This document shows positions 37,760 through 50,828 of a stretch of 64,000 nt of DNA, piece after piece. Source of the stretch: Octopus sinensis (Eukaryota). Within the stretch, counting starts at the first letter, position 1; each line of letters opens with the position of its first letter. The notes below the pieces were generated by a model, which did not search any database, was not told the DNA's origin, and was given only the letters and a program-made list of their open reading frames with translations. The stretch lies in the NCBI RefSeq assembly GCF_006345805.1, contig NC_043003.1, positions 39,184,001 through 39,248,000 of the forward strand, in the 5' to 3' direction. The translations under genes were made by a program, and so were the position numbers.

Positions 37760-38835
37760 TTTCCTATGCATGATATACTGCTTCAGGATATATCTCTGAT
37801 TATATCCATTTGGAAGACATTGGTCTTGAACCGCAATTATCAGACTTTTCGGTCCCCTCTTTCAGCTGCAAAACGCTGAACGAGCCATGCCTCTGTATTC
37901 TGTCATAATACGGTTTATTTACTCGAATTGTCTGTATACACGTTCTTGGTTGTACTTTGATTCAATTCTTGATACAGCAAAAATAAATAACCTTCCAAAC
38001 TTCAGTTTTCTATAATGCAGTCATATTTGATCTCTCTACCATGATTATACTCTTAGTTTACCCAGAGAAATCCAACAGTATCTTGCAACCTCTTACTCGT
38101 GGTTCTACTATTTTCCTTATACATTGAACCCAAACTTATTCACTACTTTCTAGTGTATTCTTTTTCTTACCCCATCATATCTTCTTTTATATTATTTAAG
38201 TGACATCTTGCTGCATTCACACAATCTTTGGTTGATAGGTTTATCTATTTCGTCACACATCCGTCATTTACTATTTTACTTTCCATTTACTATTTTCCCA
38301 ACAGCTGTCTATGCACATAAAAAGACATCTTCTAATCACATGTACATTCACAGCCAGTAATTTCTATTTTACTCATTAGTTCTTCATCTTTCATCCAAAC
38401 TCATTGTTCTTCAGCCATGTCTTCTTGTTTGCCTGGTAAACTAACAAACCAACCAGTTTTCCATCTTCCTTTTTCTTTGTGGCCTTTTCTTCTACATATT
38501 CACCATTAATCTTTCTGGCTACACACGTTTCTAGATATGCCTCTTAAGGCCTATAATTAGCAACTGTTCTATGCATATTACATCGAGTAGTTTTTAGCTC
38601 ATGCCTTTCTCTATACATTGCTTTATGGATGGAATTCATTTATTGCTAACAGCTTTCTGTTTCTATTCATTTCATCAAATTCCTTCTTTATCCACCGAAG
38701 AAAGGTTGCAGAATATATCTATATTGGCATTTTTTCTTGGTGCTGATGACTTACATGGTGTTTTGTTTCTTTTATATCTACTTCTGCTTCTAGGATTTTT
38801 CTGTCCTTATATTTTTCCTACCTTTATCTCTCCTT
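37760..38835 (-). mobile_element. Stacked decayed R4/Dong-type fragments
   Basis: Minus strand LKEGTE/SLIIAVQDQCLP (LKxETESLIIAAQDQ motif) and CECSKMSLK*YKRRYDGVRKRIH (RHDxV..IHW motif). Confidence 0.65.
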
Positions 38836-39224
38836 TGATTTGATTGAAAATACGTGGAATAGGCAGAGTGAGAGAACAAAAGGGAAAACTTTTGGTGCAA
38901 AATGCACTCTTGCGTATATCACTAGTCAATGACAGGACCAAACAAGATCAATATCCTGCAACAATCTCTAAATATTAAAACTCTCGCACTCCTTCAGAAA
39001 CTCTATTACTTGATTATTCCTTATTGTATTTAAAGTAATGCCGTCGTCAGGTTGTTATACTCACATTTTCAGCCATCGTCTTTGTTATACTCATAAGATT
39101 TCACCGTTGTATCCTCCAGCAGTTTTCAGGTGTTTCTCGTTTTCGGTAATCTACTGGCGATTTGGAACCGAAACTTTTACATATATCACGGCAGTAGATT
39201 ATTTTATATATATACATGCAGATA

Positions 39225-39375
39225 AAATCTAGGCTACATATGTTTCATAGCTAGTAGAACTTCGGAAGTAGTAATATTCAAATGAGGTTAAACCGTTAGC
39301 TACCCGTCAGGTCAAAATTTATACCTTAGCCAAATGACGGTTACATTGTCGTCAAGAGATCCTATGTTAACTCGC
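39225..39375 (-). mobile_element. Hammerhead-bearing repeat fragment (family of 52207-52458), core mutated
   Basis: Minus strand gac-CTGACGG-gtagcta..tagctat-GAA-ACATATGT-A-gcc at 39232-39313. Confidence 0.7.
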
Positions 39376-39639
39376 AGGAGATTTGATTGAAAATGCGTGG
39401 AAAGGGCAGAGTGAGAGAACAAAAGGGAAAACTGTTGGTGCAAAATGCACTCTTGCGTATATCACTAGTCAATGACAGGACCAAACAAGATCAATATCAC
39501 GTGATCTGGTAGTCTCGGCCCTAGAGTTTGTGGGGTTTATCTCCTCGCTAGAGATATGAGCAAGGGTACATTTTGCACCAAAAAGCCTATATGAGAGTAA
39601 CTACCGCAGTAAAGTTTGTTCTTAGAACATCCACATTTA

Positions 39640-40060
39640 AGTGGGTTTCAAAGTTTGGCACAAGGCCAGAAAGTTGAGGGTGGGTAGGGTAAGCTGATTA
39701 CATCGACCCCAGCGCTCAGCTGATTCTCTTTATCGGCCTCGATAGGATTAAAGGCAAAGTCGACCTTGGCGTAATTTGAACTCAGAACCAATAGATGGAT
39801 GAAATGCTTATAAGCATTTTGCCCGGCGTGCTAATGATTCTTATTTCTTTATTGCCCACAAGGGCAGAAAAACAGAGAGGAAAAACAAGGACAGACAAAC
39901 GGATTAAGTCGATTATATCGACCCCAGTGCGTAACTGGTACTTATTTAATCGACCCCGAAAGGATGAAAGGTAAAGTCGACCTCGACGGAATTTGAACTT
40001 AGAACGTAGCGGCAGACGAAATACCGCTAAGCACTTCGCCCGGCGTGCTAACGTTTCTGC
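39640..40060 (-). mobile_element. S1 b-type SINE joined to an older a-type copy
   Basis: Two B-boxes and two central domains on the minus strand. Confidence 0.85.
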
Positions 40061-40089
40061 CTTAGTGGGGATAAATGTTACCTCTTGGT

Positions 40090-40170
40090 AACTTCCACCA
40101 CCACCTACCCTAACTCTTCATAACCACTACTAGTGGTTATGAAGAGTTAGGGTAGGTGGTGGTGGAAGTT
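40090..40170. repeat. Perfect 40-bp inverted repeat with 1-nt spacer
   Basis: 40090-40129 is the exact reverse complement of 40131-40170. Confidence 0.97.
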
Positions 40171-40174
40171 TTGA

Positions 40175-40370
40175 AGGATGTAGTGTCTCGACAGCTCACA
40201 ACTGATGCAGGTAGTTTATTCCATGCTCCAGCAATTCTGAGCGTGAAATTATGTTTCCAAAAGTCATGTGTACTGTGTTATTTATTTTTGATTTTGTAAG
40301 CATGTCTACGAGTGTTTGACATAAGGAATTCAAAGAGGTGTCCCAAGGTTGTTGTTGGAAAGATGGTGAA
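40175..40370 (-). mobile_element. CR1/L2-group LINE 3' remnant
   Basis: Minus strand HSTHDFWKHNFTLRIAGAWNKLPASVV (FF..RV..WN.LP..VV motif). Confidence 0.7.
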
Positions 40371-41989
40371 TTATCTGATGTTGGTGAAGAGGTGATTAAT
40401 GTTTGTGGCAGTGAGGAATATGGTTTTGGTTATAGTGGTAGCAGAGATGGTAGAAGGATAGTGGGGTGGGGGTGGAGGCAAATTTGGTGGTTAGAAAAGA
40501 AGCAGCTTTGGGGGTGATATAAGTCGTGATTGGTGATGTCTATAGTAGTAGTTAGGGGTAATAGTATTTACCACGAAATGGTGGTGATGATGGCACGGTT
40601 GGAGTGGAGGCTCAGCGAAGTCGTTTGTGAGCTGACGGCTGAATTAAATGTAATGTTTGTGTGGGAGTGGTGGTGGAGGTGATGGTTGCGAGGATGATAG
40701 TAGCGGTGATGATGGCGGGAGCGGCGAAAGTAGTAATATTAGCGATACTAGCGGGGTGGAAGTCATGGAAAGAGAGAGGTGATGCAATAGCATTGGGGTC
40801 GGCGGCTGTGGGGGAGGAGGTAGCAGTGATGGTGGCGGTGACGGTGGTGACAGCGATGGCGGTGGTGATGGCGGGTGGTGGTGGTGGTGGTGGTGGTGTT
40901 GTGCTGCGTCCTGATTAATTAAACCAATATTTATCTGAATAGAAGTTTTTACTTTAACATTGTTAATCTCTTGCACCAGTTTTTCTTCCACTTGATGAAC
41001 TAACATGCTGATCAGGTCCTTAAAACAGTTGAGAGAGAGAGAGAGGGGGGGGGGAAAGAGCTATAGAAAAAAAGGGTGGGGAATAAAATGAAGCGTACGA
41101 AAGGTGGGGGGAAAAGTAGTAAATATAATGAAATTTAAGGAGATGGTAGTGGTTGTGGAAGAGACAAAATAAATATTTACTAAATCCATCTAACTGGTTT
41201 CTTTCTTTTCGCTTTTTTTTTCTGGGCGCACAATTAATCGTTGTTTGCAAGATGGCTGAAAAGGACGGAGTGACCGAGAGTTTAACGTTTGGGTTTACCT
41301 GCTCAACTTCAGTTATGGCATTTCAGTGTAACCATGCAAAACACCTCGCATTGATCTACATTTCCTTACTTCCTACCAAGCGACTGAAGAATAGGGAACA
41401 GGTTCGTTCACTACGAGAGTTCCTTACTATTTGTAAGAATAGTGAGAGAGTAACAAGTCCTTATATTGGCATAAGACGAGGAATTTTGGAGAAGTGAATA
41501 GTCGATGGCTTCGATCCTAATACCAGAGTGGTATATTTTATCGACCCTGGAGGAATGGAGGGCAAACTCAACCTCGGGTGAATATGAACGCAGAATGTAA
41601 AGCTGGAAGAAATGTCCCTAAGCATTTCGTTGCGATAATGATTTTTATCTAATTTAGGTACAAGAAACATATTGTTTTCAAGGCCAGCAATTTTGAGGGA
41701 GTAAGTTGATTAAATAGACCCCAGGATTTAGCTGGTATTTATTTTATCGACCTCGAAAGGATGAAAGGCAAAGTCGACCTCGGCGGAATTTGAACCCAGT
41801 ACGTAAAGATGGACAGAATGCCGCTAAATATTTGCGCAGCGTGCAAACGATTCTCACAGGTCTCCTCCATAAGCACAAGAAATATATTAAATTAATTACT
41901 CACCATTTATCTTTTATCTTTTTACCTGTCTCAGTCATTAGACTGCGGCCATGCAGGCGCACTGCCTTGCTGTAATGACTTCACTGGCC

Positions 41990-42481
41990 CTAGTATACCA
42001 TTTTTTTTTTTTAGAGACGTCACACAGTATACAATATCGTGAGGTTGTTGCTTGAAGATATTTTGTCTACCGGAGGTTCGTACTATTTGTTGATTCAGAC
42101 AGGCAGTAATTTACGCAATATGTGTGCAGTTCCAACTAACGCTGACTTTTGCAATACATCTAGATTGTAGGGTATTTCGAAGGTTTTCAGATGTTTTATC
42201 ATATTGGGTGGTATTGAACCCAATGCTCCGATGACAGTGGGATAACTCTTATGTTTGACTCTCGTAGCTGCCACATCTTAGCGATTTCAATTCTCAGGTC
42301 TCCATATTTCTCAACCTTTTCTCTTTTTTTATGATGATATGTTGATTGCCACACATTTATTAGCCACTCTTGTTTGTCCCTCCTTAAGGTTACTATATTC
42401 GGCTTTCGGTGCTCTAACACCTTGTCTGTCTGGAAATCAAAGTCCCAGAGGATTTTTGCCTTCCCCTTTTCGTCCATTACC

Positions 42482-42482
<1 letters not shown>
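41990..42482 (-). mobile_element. Dong/R4-type RLE 3' fragment
   Basis: KAKILWDFDFQTDKVLEHRKPNIV..KVEKYGDLRIEIAKMW; 5' truncation point abuts (ATT)n at 42483-42570. Confidence 0.85.
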
Positions 42483-42558
<76 letters not shown>

Positions 42559-42898
42559 CATTATTATTATTTGTGGAACCTGGTACTTATTTATTCTATC
42601 GGTCGCCTAAGTTACGAGGACGTAAACACACGAACATCGGTTGACAAACCTTTAACAGATAAATAAATATCGCAGTTACCGTTAACATCACATTACTATC
42701 ATCCCTACAACTATCACCTCCACCGTCACGTACATATTTTTTGTAAAGCCTGGTACTTATTCTATTGGGCTGTTGCCGAACCGCTAGTTAATGGGAACGT
42801 AAACACACCAGCACCGGTTGTCAAGCTTTTAATAAATAAATATGAATTCAGTATTGTTCGTGAATATGTGGTTATTTTTTAATTCTCTTCTATTGCAG

Positions 42899-43009
42899 TG
42901 GTTGTGACCAGCGGAGACAAGTGGGATATGGTGGTGTCACAGACTGAGAAATTACTTCCTACTGTGGTCAATCTGACTATATCTAGTTTTGAGAATCTCA
43001 TCAATAACA
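42899..43009 (+). CDS. Coding exon 2 (start of amino-terminal LIVBP-like domain)
   Basis: Polypyrimidine acceptor ttctcttctattgcag; donor A|GTAAGT; 111 nt, phase 1-1; (V)VVTSGDKWDMVVSQTEKLLPTVVNLTISSFENLINN, open in the frame set by exon 1. Confidence 0.85.
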
Positions 43010-43109
43010 GTAAGTATGATAATCGTTACCGTTGTCATGTTTAATCCTTGATTTCAATAGAAGCCGACATTAAGGTAGATTCTTGTTATTCACGCTGCTG
43101 CTGCTGTTT

Positions 43110-43495
43110 GTTTGTTTGTTGAGCGAAGCGGTCTTTGTCCCAGAGCTCGCAAGATCGCTCCTCGGGATTGTCTGTAGTGGGAGAAGTCCAAAACGTGGTC
43201 CTTTGCTATTCGTAAGACCCGCAGAAGAGAAAGCAGGTCAACCCCCGACACCGAGAGCATCGCCGGATGGATGAATGCGCATCCAGGCTCAGGGACAAGA
43301 AACGGGAAGAAAGAGTGAAAGAAAGTTGGAGCGAAAGAGTACAACACGGGTCGCCACCATCCCCTGCCAATGTCTCGTGGAGCTTTAGGTGTTTTCGCTC
43401 AATAAAGACACACAACGCCCGGTCTGGGAATCGAAACCGCGATCATCCGACCGCGAGTCCGCTGCCCTAACCACTGGACCATTGCGCCTCCACTT
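43110..43495 (-). mobile_element. tRNA-derived SINE S5
   Basis: Minus head ggaggcgcaatggtccagtggttagggcagcggactcgcggtc..gtttcgattccc; unique tail. Confidence 0.75.
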
Positions 43496-43626
43496 GCTGC
43501 TGCTGTTGTTGTTACTGTTGTTGTTGTTGTCGTGGTGGTAGTGTCAGCGGTAACGATATGGTCGTTGTTGTTGATGATAATGAAGTGAAGGCAATCATGG
43601 CATTTGTTATTATCAATAACGCTGTG

Positions 43627-44520
43627 AAGGCGGCGAGCTGGCAAAAACGTTAGCACGGGTCGACTTTGCCTTTCATCCTTTCGGGGTCGATTAAATAAGT
43701 ACCAGTTACGCACTGGGGTCGATATTATCGACTTAATCCGTTTGTCTATCCTTGTTTGTCCTCTCTGTGTTTAGTCCCTTGTGGGTAGTAAAGAAATAGA
43801 TATTTCGTCTGCCGTTCCGTTCTGAGTTCAAATTCCGCCGAGGTCGACTTTGCCTCACATCCTTTCGGGGTCGATTAAATAAGTACCAGTTATGCACTGG
43901 GTCGATATTATCGACTTAATCCGTTTGTCTGTCCTTGTTTGTCCTCTCTGTGTTTAGTCCCTTGTGGGTTGTAAAGAAATAGGTATTTCGTCTGCCGTTA
44001 CGTTCTGAGTTCAAATTCCGCCGAGGTCGACTTTGCCTCACATCCTTTCGGGGTCGATTAAATAAGTACCAGTTATGCACTGGGTCGATATTATCGACTT
44101 AATCCGTTTGTCTGTCCTTGTTTGTCTTCTCTGTGTTTAGTCCCTTGTGGGTTGTAAAGAAATAGGTATTTCGTCTGCCGTTACGTTCTGAGTTCAAATT
44201 CCGCCGAGGTCGACTTTGCCTCTCATCCTTTCGGGGTCGATTAAATAAGTACCAGTTATGCACTGGGTCGATATTATCGACTTAATCCGTTTGTCTGTCC
44301 TTGTTTGTCGTCTCTGTGTTTAGCCCCTTGTGGGTAGTAAAGAAATAGGTATTTTGCCCGTCTTTATGTTCTGAGTTCAAATTCCACCGGGATCGACTTT
44401 GCCTTTTATACATTCGGGGTCGATAAAACAAGTACAATTTGGGCGATGAGATCGATGTAATCGATTTAACTATTCCCCCGAACTTTCTGGCTGTGTAACA
44501 AAATTTGAAGCCATTATTTG
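43627..44520 (+). mobile_element. Five-unit S1 SINE tandem array, 183-bp period
   Basis: tattt(c/t)g(t/c)c unit starts at 43801, 43984, 44167 and 44350; the first unit keeps the head but lacks the B-box region; the last has an a-type tail. Confidence 0.95.
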
Positions 44521-45266
44521 TTGTAATTGGTCCTAGAACCATCGTTGATGTCTCGTAATCATGGTTGCTGATGTTACGGCTGTTGATATAGTATATTATT
44601 GATGTGCTGTTATATTTGTTTGGAATTTTTTTTTTTTTTTTTTTGCTGTGGGGCAACTTTGTCGTGAATGTAGGATTGTGATAATTATCACATTTAGCCC
44701 CAGATTAACCCAGATTGAGCAGACCTATGAGCAAAGGCATTCCAACAAGGACCTTTGTGTCTTCTGCTGGTAGTTATACTGGAAAGTGGAGTCGCATGGT
44801 TTAGTGGTTAGGGTGTTGGACTCATGATCGTAAGATTGTGGTTTCAATTCTTGGACCGGGCAACGCGTTGTGTTCTTGAGTAAAACACTTCATTTCACGT
44901 TGTTTCAGGCCACTCAGCTGGCAAAAATGAGTAATCCTGCGATGGACCAGCTTCTCAGCCCTTATGAGTTGGTATGATTCGAAAAGGTGACTTTACTTCA
45001 CTTTACTAGTTATGTCGGAAATGTGTTGTCCAGTATGTCCTATATTTTCTCAAGATGGTAATGTGTAATTTGAGGGATAATGGGCTGCCTTTTCTGTTAG
45101 GTCGTCCAACCACTAAGAGTCTCTCATTTTATTATTTTTAGCTTGCAATGGATCTTGATATTAGTGTTTATGTCTGTGTTATTCTTGCTGCTGTTTCGTT
45201 CCAAGTTTGCACTGATCTTTTCTGAATAACAAAAAATACTAGAAAGCGGTGGGGAAGACAAAGAGA

Positions 45267-45346
<80 letters not shown>

Positions 45347-47194
45347 GAGAGAAGACAAACACACTTAAATCAGCAATTCTTACTCTGCAGAAATTTCGCG
45401 CTGGGGGTAAAAAATAAGCGATTCCAGAGTCAAAATTGCTTTCAGACTGAAAAATACTTTGCCATTATTCTATGCGTTTTTTGCAGATTCATCTTCCTTA
45501 ATGTTTGTTTAACTCGTCAGTTAAAATTCTGAATAAATTGTTAGGTGCTTAATTGCGTTATACACAAGACTACTTGTTTATTTCGTGTAGGGAGGAAGTT
45601 AGGATAAGAAACTGTCTTAGAGAGGAGAATACAAAATTGTATTTTTATCTAAGCACAAGATTAGTAGTTTTGAAGTGAGAAGATTAGTCGATACCATCGT
45701 CCCCACTACTTAACTGATACTTTATTTATAGACCCAGAAGGGATGAAAAGCAAGGTTGACCCTGGCTGGATTTGATCTTGGCGGGAGTGAGTTAGACGAT
45801 TACATCAACCCCAGTGCATGTTTAGTATATTTTATATTACGGACCTTGAAAGATGAACAAGCTATATATCAGGATCGGATTTGAACTCAGAACATAAAAT
45901 GTCGGAATAATTCTTGTAATTTTGTCTGACTCTTTACCGATTCTGCCAACGCACCGCTCTTAGTGAAGGATGGGAATAGATATAGAATAAATGATAAGAA
46001 CCTCTCTGCAAGATATTACTTGCTGCACTTCAACATTTAAAGCTGGTGTAGGCGACGTAGTAAAAAATTCAAATCCATGTTAAATCATACAGACACTTTT
46101 ACAGCCTCCATTATATTTTGTCAAAACAAAGACTAGGATCCATAAACTGATTATATCAGCCATTTCTGTATCCCTAATCTGACCTTAAAAACCACAAGAA
46201 GCAGCCAATAAGGCAAAAATATCATATTTTACTCAAATGCAAGTTGCACACAAACTACACGCGCAGAATAAAGGTGGAATGAAACCAAATTAATTGAAAC
46301 GGAAGACCACGTAAATATGTGTCTGGGTATACAGTGCAAGATCTCGCCTATCAGTTCTTGCCATTAATTTTTATGTCGCAGTGAAAAGCCCAGACACATT
46401 TACGTCATCCTGATAACCTTACGACAACGCTTCTATGTGGTTACTGGGCCTGCGAGAAAGAGGGCCCTTATCTTCCCATTCCTAAGTACACCACTAATAA
46501 ATTATAAAAGAACGCCTTGGGTAATGTGAGCCTGGGTTTCCTGCATATAGCGAAATAGATGGTCATAGTTGGAGTGAGTACCTTTCGTTACAGGTCTGAT
46601 CGATCAGGGCTGACCGGGGGCTACACAAAATCTATCAATACTACAAACCATTGAAGGAACCTTTATATGGTCGCTTGACCAGCTAGAAATATCAGCCAAA
46701 ACACTTTTGAATTACACCGTCAATGCTTAGAAGTGAGTCGGGCACATACTGGATAATGTTACTGTAGGCAGGCAATAACTAGGAGAAAAACAAGGTGGTC
46801 AAAGCTGGAACGCTTTCGATTACAAGTCTGCTAAATGAAGGCTGATCAGTTGGTAAAGTACAGCAATTAAGCTGAAATATCCAGCAAGAATCTTGTTATA
46901 AAAGATGATGACGATGACAATGGTGACGATGTTATTAACGATGACGTCGACAATGATACCAGTAATTCTCTACAGAACAACTATCGCAAGGAAATTTGGT
47001 CGATGAGCAACGGATTTTAAGGTTTTCTCGCCAATATACATCGGCAAAGGATATCCACACACACACACACCTGCGTGCATGCATGCATACATACATACAT
47101 ACATACATACATACATACATACATACATACATACATACATGGATTATGTATATATGATACATACAAATACATACATTCATACATACAGACAGAC

Positions 47195-47908
47195 AGACAG
47201 ACAAACACTCTATAATGAAATCCTTCGGAAGGATAATCCCGAGGACAAAGAAATAAGAACGTATAATATGGTAGAAGCCATAACCACTCACAATAAAAAG
47301 GAACACTGGTGGAGTGTCCCATTGAAGTCCTCAATAATATGTAAGCACAACCGACCTGATATAATGATTTGAGACAAAGAAGAGAAACTGTGCACAGTTG
47401 TGGAAATTAGCTGCCCAGCGGATGTTAACATAAAGCTGAGATCAGCTGAGATATGCTGAACTATTGAGAAATCTGCAGTTACTCTCTCCAGATTACGACT
47501 TCAGGTTTATATCTGTAATTATTGGGAGCCCTGCGATATATAACACACTGCCTAAATAGCAACCTTGAGAAATTAGGCTTCTCAAACCCAGAAAGGAGAA
47601 AGCCAATTCGAAGACTACAGATCCAATCCAACACTGGAACTGTAAAAATCTGTAAAACCTTCCAGAAGTTTATCATTTAAATATATATGCGTATATCTAG
47701 ATATGCAACTATATGCATGAGAATACATACATGAAACATACAAATCTGCTCATACATACATACATACATACATACATACATACATACATACATACATACA
47801 TACATACAAAAATACCCAGTTGTTGAAATTCCAATAAAAGAGTCTTGGATCTAGGTTAGAAACCGGTTCTTTCTCTACTGGCAAGAAATCTTGAAATAAA
47901 CTGAATAA
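47195..47908 (+). mobile_element. RLE-type non-LTR retrotransposon 3' end associated with (CATA)n
   Basis: EHWWSVPLKSSIICKHNRPDIMI*DKEEKLCTVVEISCPADVN..; flanked by (CATA)n(CAGA)n, with (CATA)n inside the 3'UTR; a related terminus lies at ~48005-48160 before (CATC)n. Confidence 0.8.
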
Positions 47909-48954
47909 GGACATACATGCCATCCTGCCAGGAGCAAAGTATGATTGAACTTGGTATCTTGGGGAGAGAATGCAAATCCTTAATTCATACGCTACAAATG
48001 ATCACGATATCTGGAACTATAAAAATCTGTGAGACCCTCCAAAGATTTAAAGGTTGACGGTTAACACAAGACACTTTCCTTCACAACCTTGCTACCAAGT
48101 AGACAGCCGGTCAAAATTTGCTCTAAATTTAAAAAAACGGAAAGAGAACATAAATTTGTATCCATCCATCCATCCATCCATCCATCCATCCATCCATCCA
48201 TCCATATATACACATGCATACACTCACATATACATGTACCATACATACTTTCTTACCTACATACACTTGCACTTAAATACATGTATGCATATATAAATAC
48301 ATTCATACATACACAGTCGCGCATTTACAGTTATTTACTCTCACACACATAAGCCCTCACACTTGTATAACATACACTCACACACACACACGTACGCATT
48401 CGTACAAGTAATTAGTAACGTGTCATAATAAATATATAAAGGTATGATGTAATGCCCTGGGATTTCGTTGCAATCTGATCTAATGGTGTGCAAGAAAAAT
48501 TGCATTAACATAAAATGAAGCCACAACAACGACAATAACAAAAATGGCTGCATCTACAACAACATCGACAACAATAACAATACCTACAACAATCATCATC
48601 AGTAGACACATTTAATTTGGCTATTCGCCATATTCCCATGAGCAAATTCCAGAGAATTCCATCATTACCAACACCGCTCCTGGATCCCCACCACCACAGA
48701 CACCACCAAAACTACCAAGACCACCATCACCACCACCAACAACAACAACACCTCAAAAACCACCACCATCATCATCACCACCACCACTATTTATCACCAC
48801 TACAAACTTTCCAACACAGTCACTACCACTACCAACAGTAACAACAGCACCACTACCGCCGCCGCCACTCATACCACCGACCTCTTCCCTCCAACACTAC
48901 GACCACCCTCAAAACTACCAACACCTTCACCAACTCCAGCATTACCGTAATTAA

Positions 48955-49480
48955 GATCGTGTTTATTGGAGGCAGATCTTATATAGTAGTCGTTTTAGAT
49001 TTTGAAGATATTTACCGAGATAGCCGCCAGTTGTACATACTTGGTCAGATTTAATGCATGGTTTCAGCTCTGGTCGGATGCTTGTATGACGTTGTTGGGG
49101 ATTGTGGTTATAAACGAGTGGGCGGCCGGGAGGATCGGCGGCTATTAGAGCTTGAATGGTAGTCGAGTTAAAGTTGTATGGGATTTTTTTGTCCGTTCTT
49201 CGATACTGATGGAAGTCAGGCAGAAATCTCATTTACAATACCTTGTTACATCTACCCCTATTTATGTTCTCCTCACACACCTCACCATATTTTCTGTTAT
49301 CTGTGAGTAAGAAAAAGAAAGTCAGTGTCTGTAATCCTTTTCATAGTCTTCTAGAGTTGTTGGAAGAAGAGAAGTTATCACTAGAATGGAGATTTTTTCC
49401 AAATGTTTGCATCGGAGCGGAATCTATTAAGACACATCTCATGATGTTTAATTGACAGAGGATTAAGTTTACCATTCAAA
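48955..49480 (-). mobile_element. Decayed LINE RT fragment (R4/Dong-like)
   Basis: LNPLS..LLFFQQL..TDFLFLTH pattern resembles the region around YMDD; many stops. Confidence 0.4.
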
Positions 49481-49899
49481 TGCCTCTCTTTGCCCTATTA
49501 GACGTTTGCACCATAATCTACTTCCTAGACTTTTACGCTAAGCACTTTATATTGGTTTCAAATTTTAGCACAAGGCCAGCAATTTCTAAGTCGATTAGAT
49601 CGACTACAATGCTTAACTGGTACTTATTTTATCGGCCCCGAAAGGATAAGCGGCAAAGTCAACTTTGTTGGAATTGGAATATAGTACATAAAATTGGAAG
49701 AAATGCTGCTAAGCATTCTTTTTGGCGCGGTAACAATTCTTCCAGTTCTGCGATTAATACTTTGTTTATATAAATCACTTTACTAAGACTAAACAATTTA
49801 TTCAAACCAAACACTTTAATTTAAACTAAACATTTTATATAATCTAAACAATTAATCATATAAAGCAGTTAACCCAAAGGAAAATACTCTTCAACCAAA

Positions 49900-50310
49900 C
49901 AAAATATTGACCACAAGAAACCAAAGAGGGGCGGGACGGGCCTCTATACCATTGCTTGGGATGCAAGAAATAGCTACCAAATATTGCTCAAATCATGCGC
50001 TTTCGCCTTTAAAAAGAAAGAACACAGATACAATTCGAATAAAAGATGAGATAATCGCAGCTAGAATCAGCCCTCGACCAGGACGTCATTGCACTATTAG
50101 GACCAAGTACTATAATAGCATGGGATTCCAGGGTCCACCGTTATTTAATATTTTGTTAAAAGCCTGAGGGATGTATATGGAGTTGGGGTAAATATTTTCA
50201 AGAAACAAGTTGACCTTTTGCTGTCCAAGATCCCTCATGAACCTATAATAAGTCAAGAAACTCAAACGAGGGTAGCAGTATCAACAACTCTCTCATTCAC
50301 CGAAAGCTGA
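49900..50310 (+). mobile_element. CR1/L2-group LINE 3' end
   Basis: RTKYYNSMGFQGPPLFNIL..VNIFKKQVDLLLSKIP.EP..SL.H C-terminal pattern. Confidence 0.65.
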
Positions 50311-50343
50311 AACTCATACATCGTCTTCGACGGGAGAGTCTAT

Positions 50344-50380
<37 letters not shown>

Positions 50381-50828
50381 AAGACATACGCTTTCCTCAG
50401 TTTCCCATTCGAACCGACTCACACGGCTTTGGTTAGCCCGAGGCTATAGTAGAAGACATTTGCCCAAAGTGCAACGCAAAGGAATTGAACCCGGAATCAT
50501 GTGGTTGGGAAGCAAACTTCTTACCACACAGCTACGCCTGCGCCTATGTATATCAAAAATTACTATAAAGAACGTTAACAGAGCAGATATGTAAAACGAA
50601 TAAACACGTTTGTAATATCTAAAGATAAAACTGCGATGGTTTCTGAAGTTACTTTCATAAATATCTTAACATATAAACGGGAAATACTTTCTTCTTTTTG
50701 GTGATCATTTTGAAACTGAACGAAAATGAATTCATATGAAGTTGACAATGATTTCTTTAATAGTTTTAGAAGGTGCTATCTATCACTGCAAAGTCACCGT
50801 ATAAGATACCTCTGTATTTTAATCTTTA

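Noticed and set aside
41320-41440. CTGAAGA with a long hairpin (hammerhead-like)
   Set aside because: No GAAA after stem II and no NUH in either type I or type III geometry.
43801-44349. S1 tandem array as a CRISPR array or a hammerhead retrozyme array
   Set aside because: Units are contiguous with no unique spacers and no cas genes. The minus strand has GACGAAA but no CUGANGA, so no hammerhead core.
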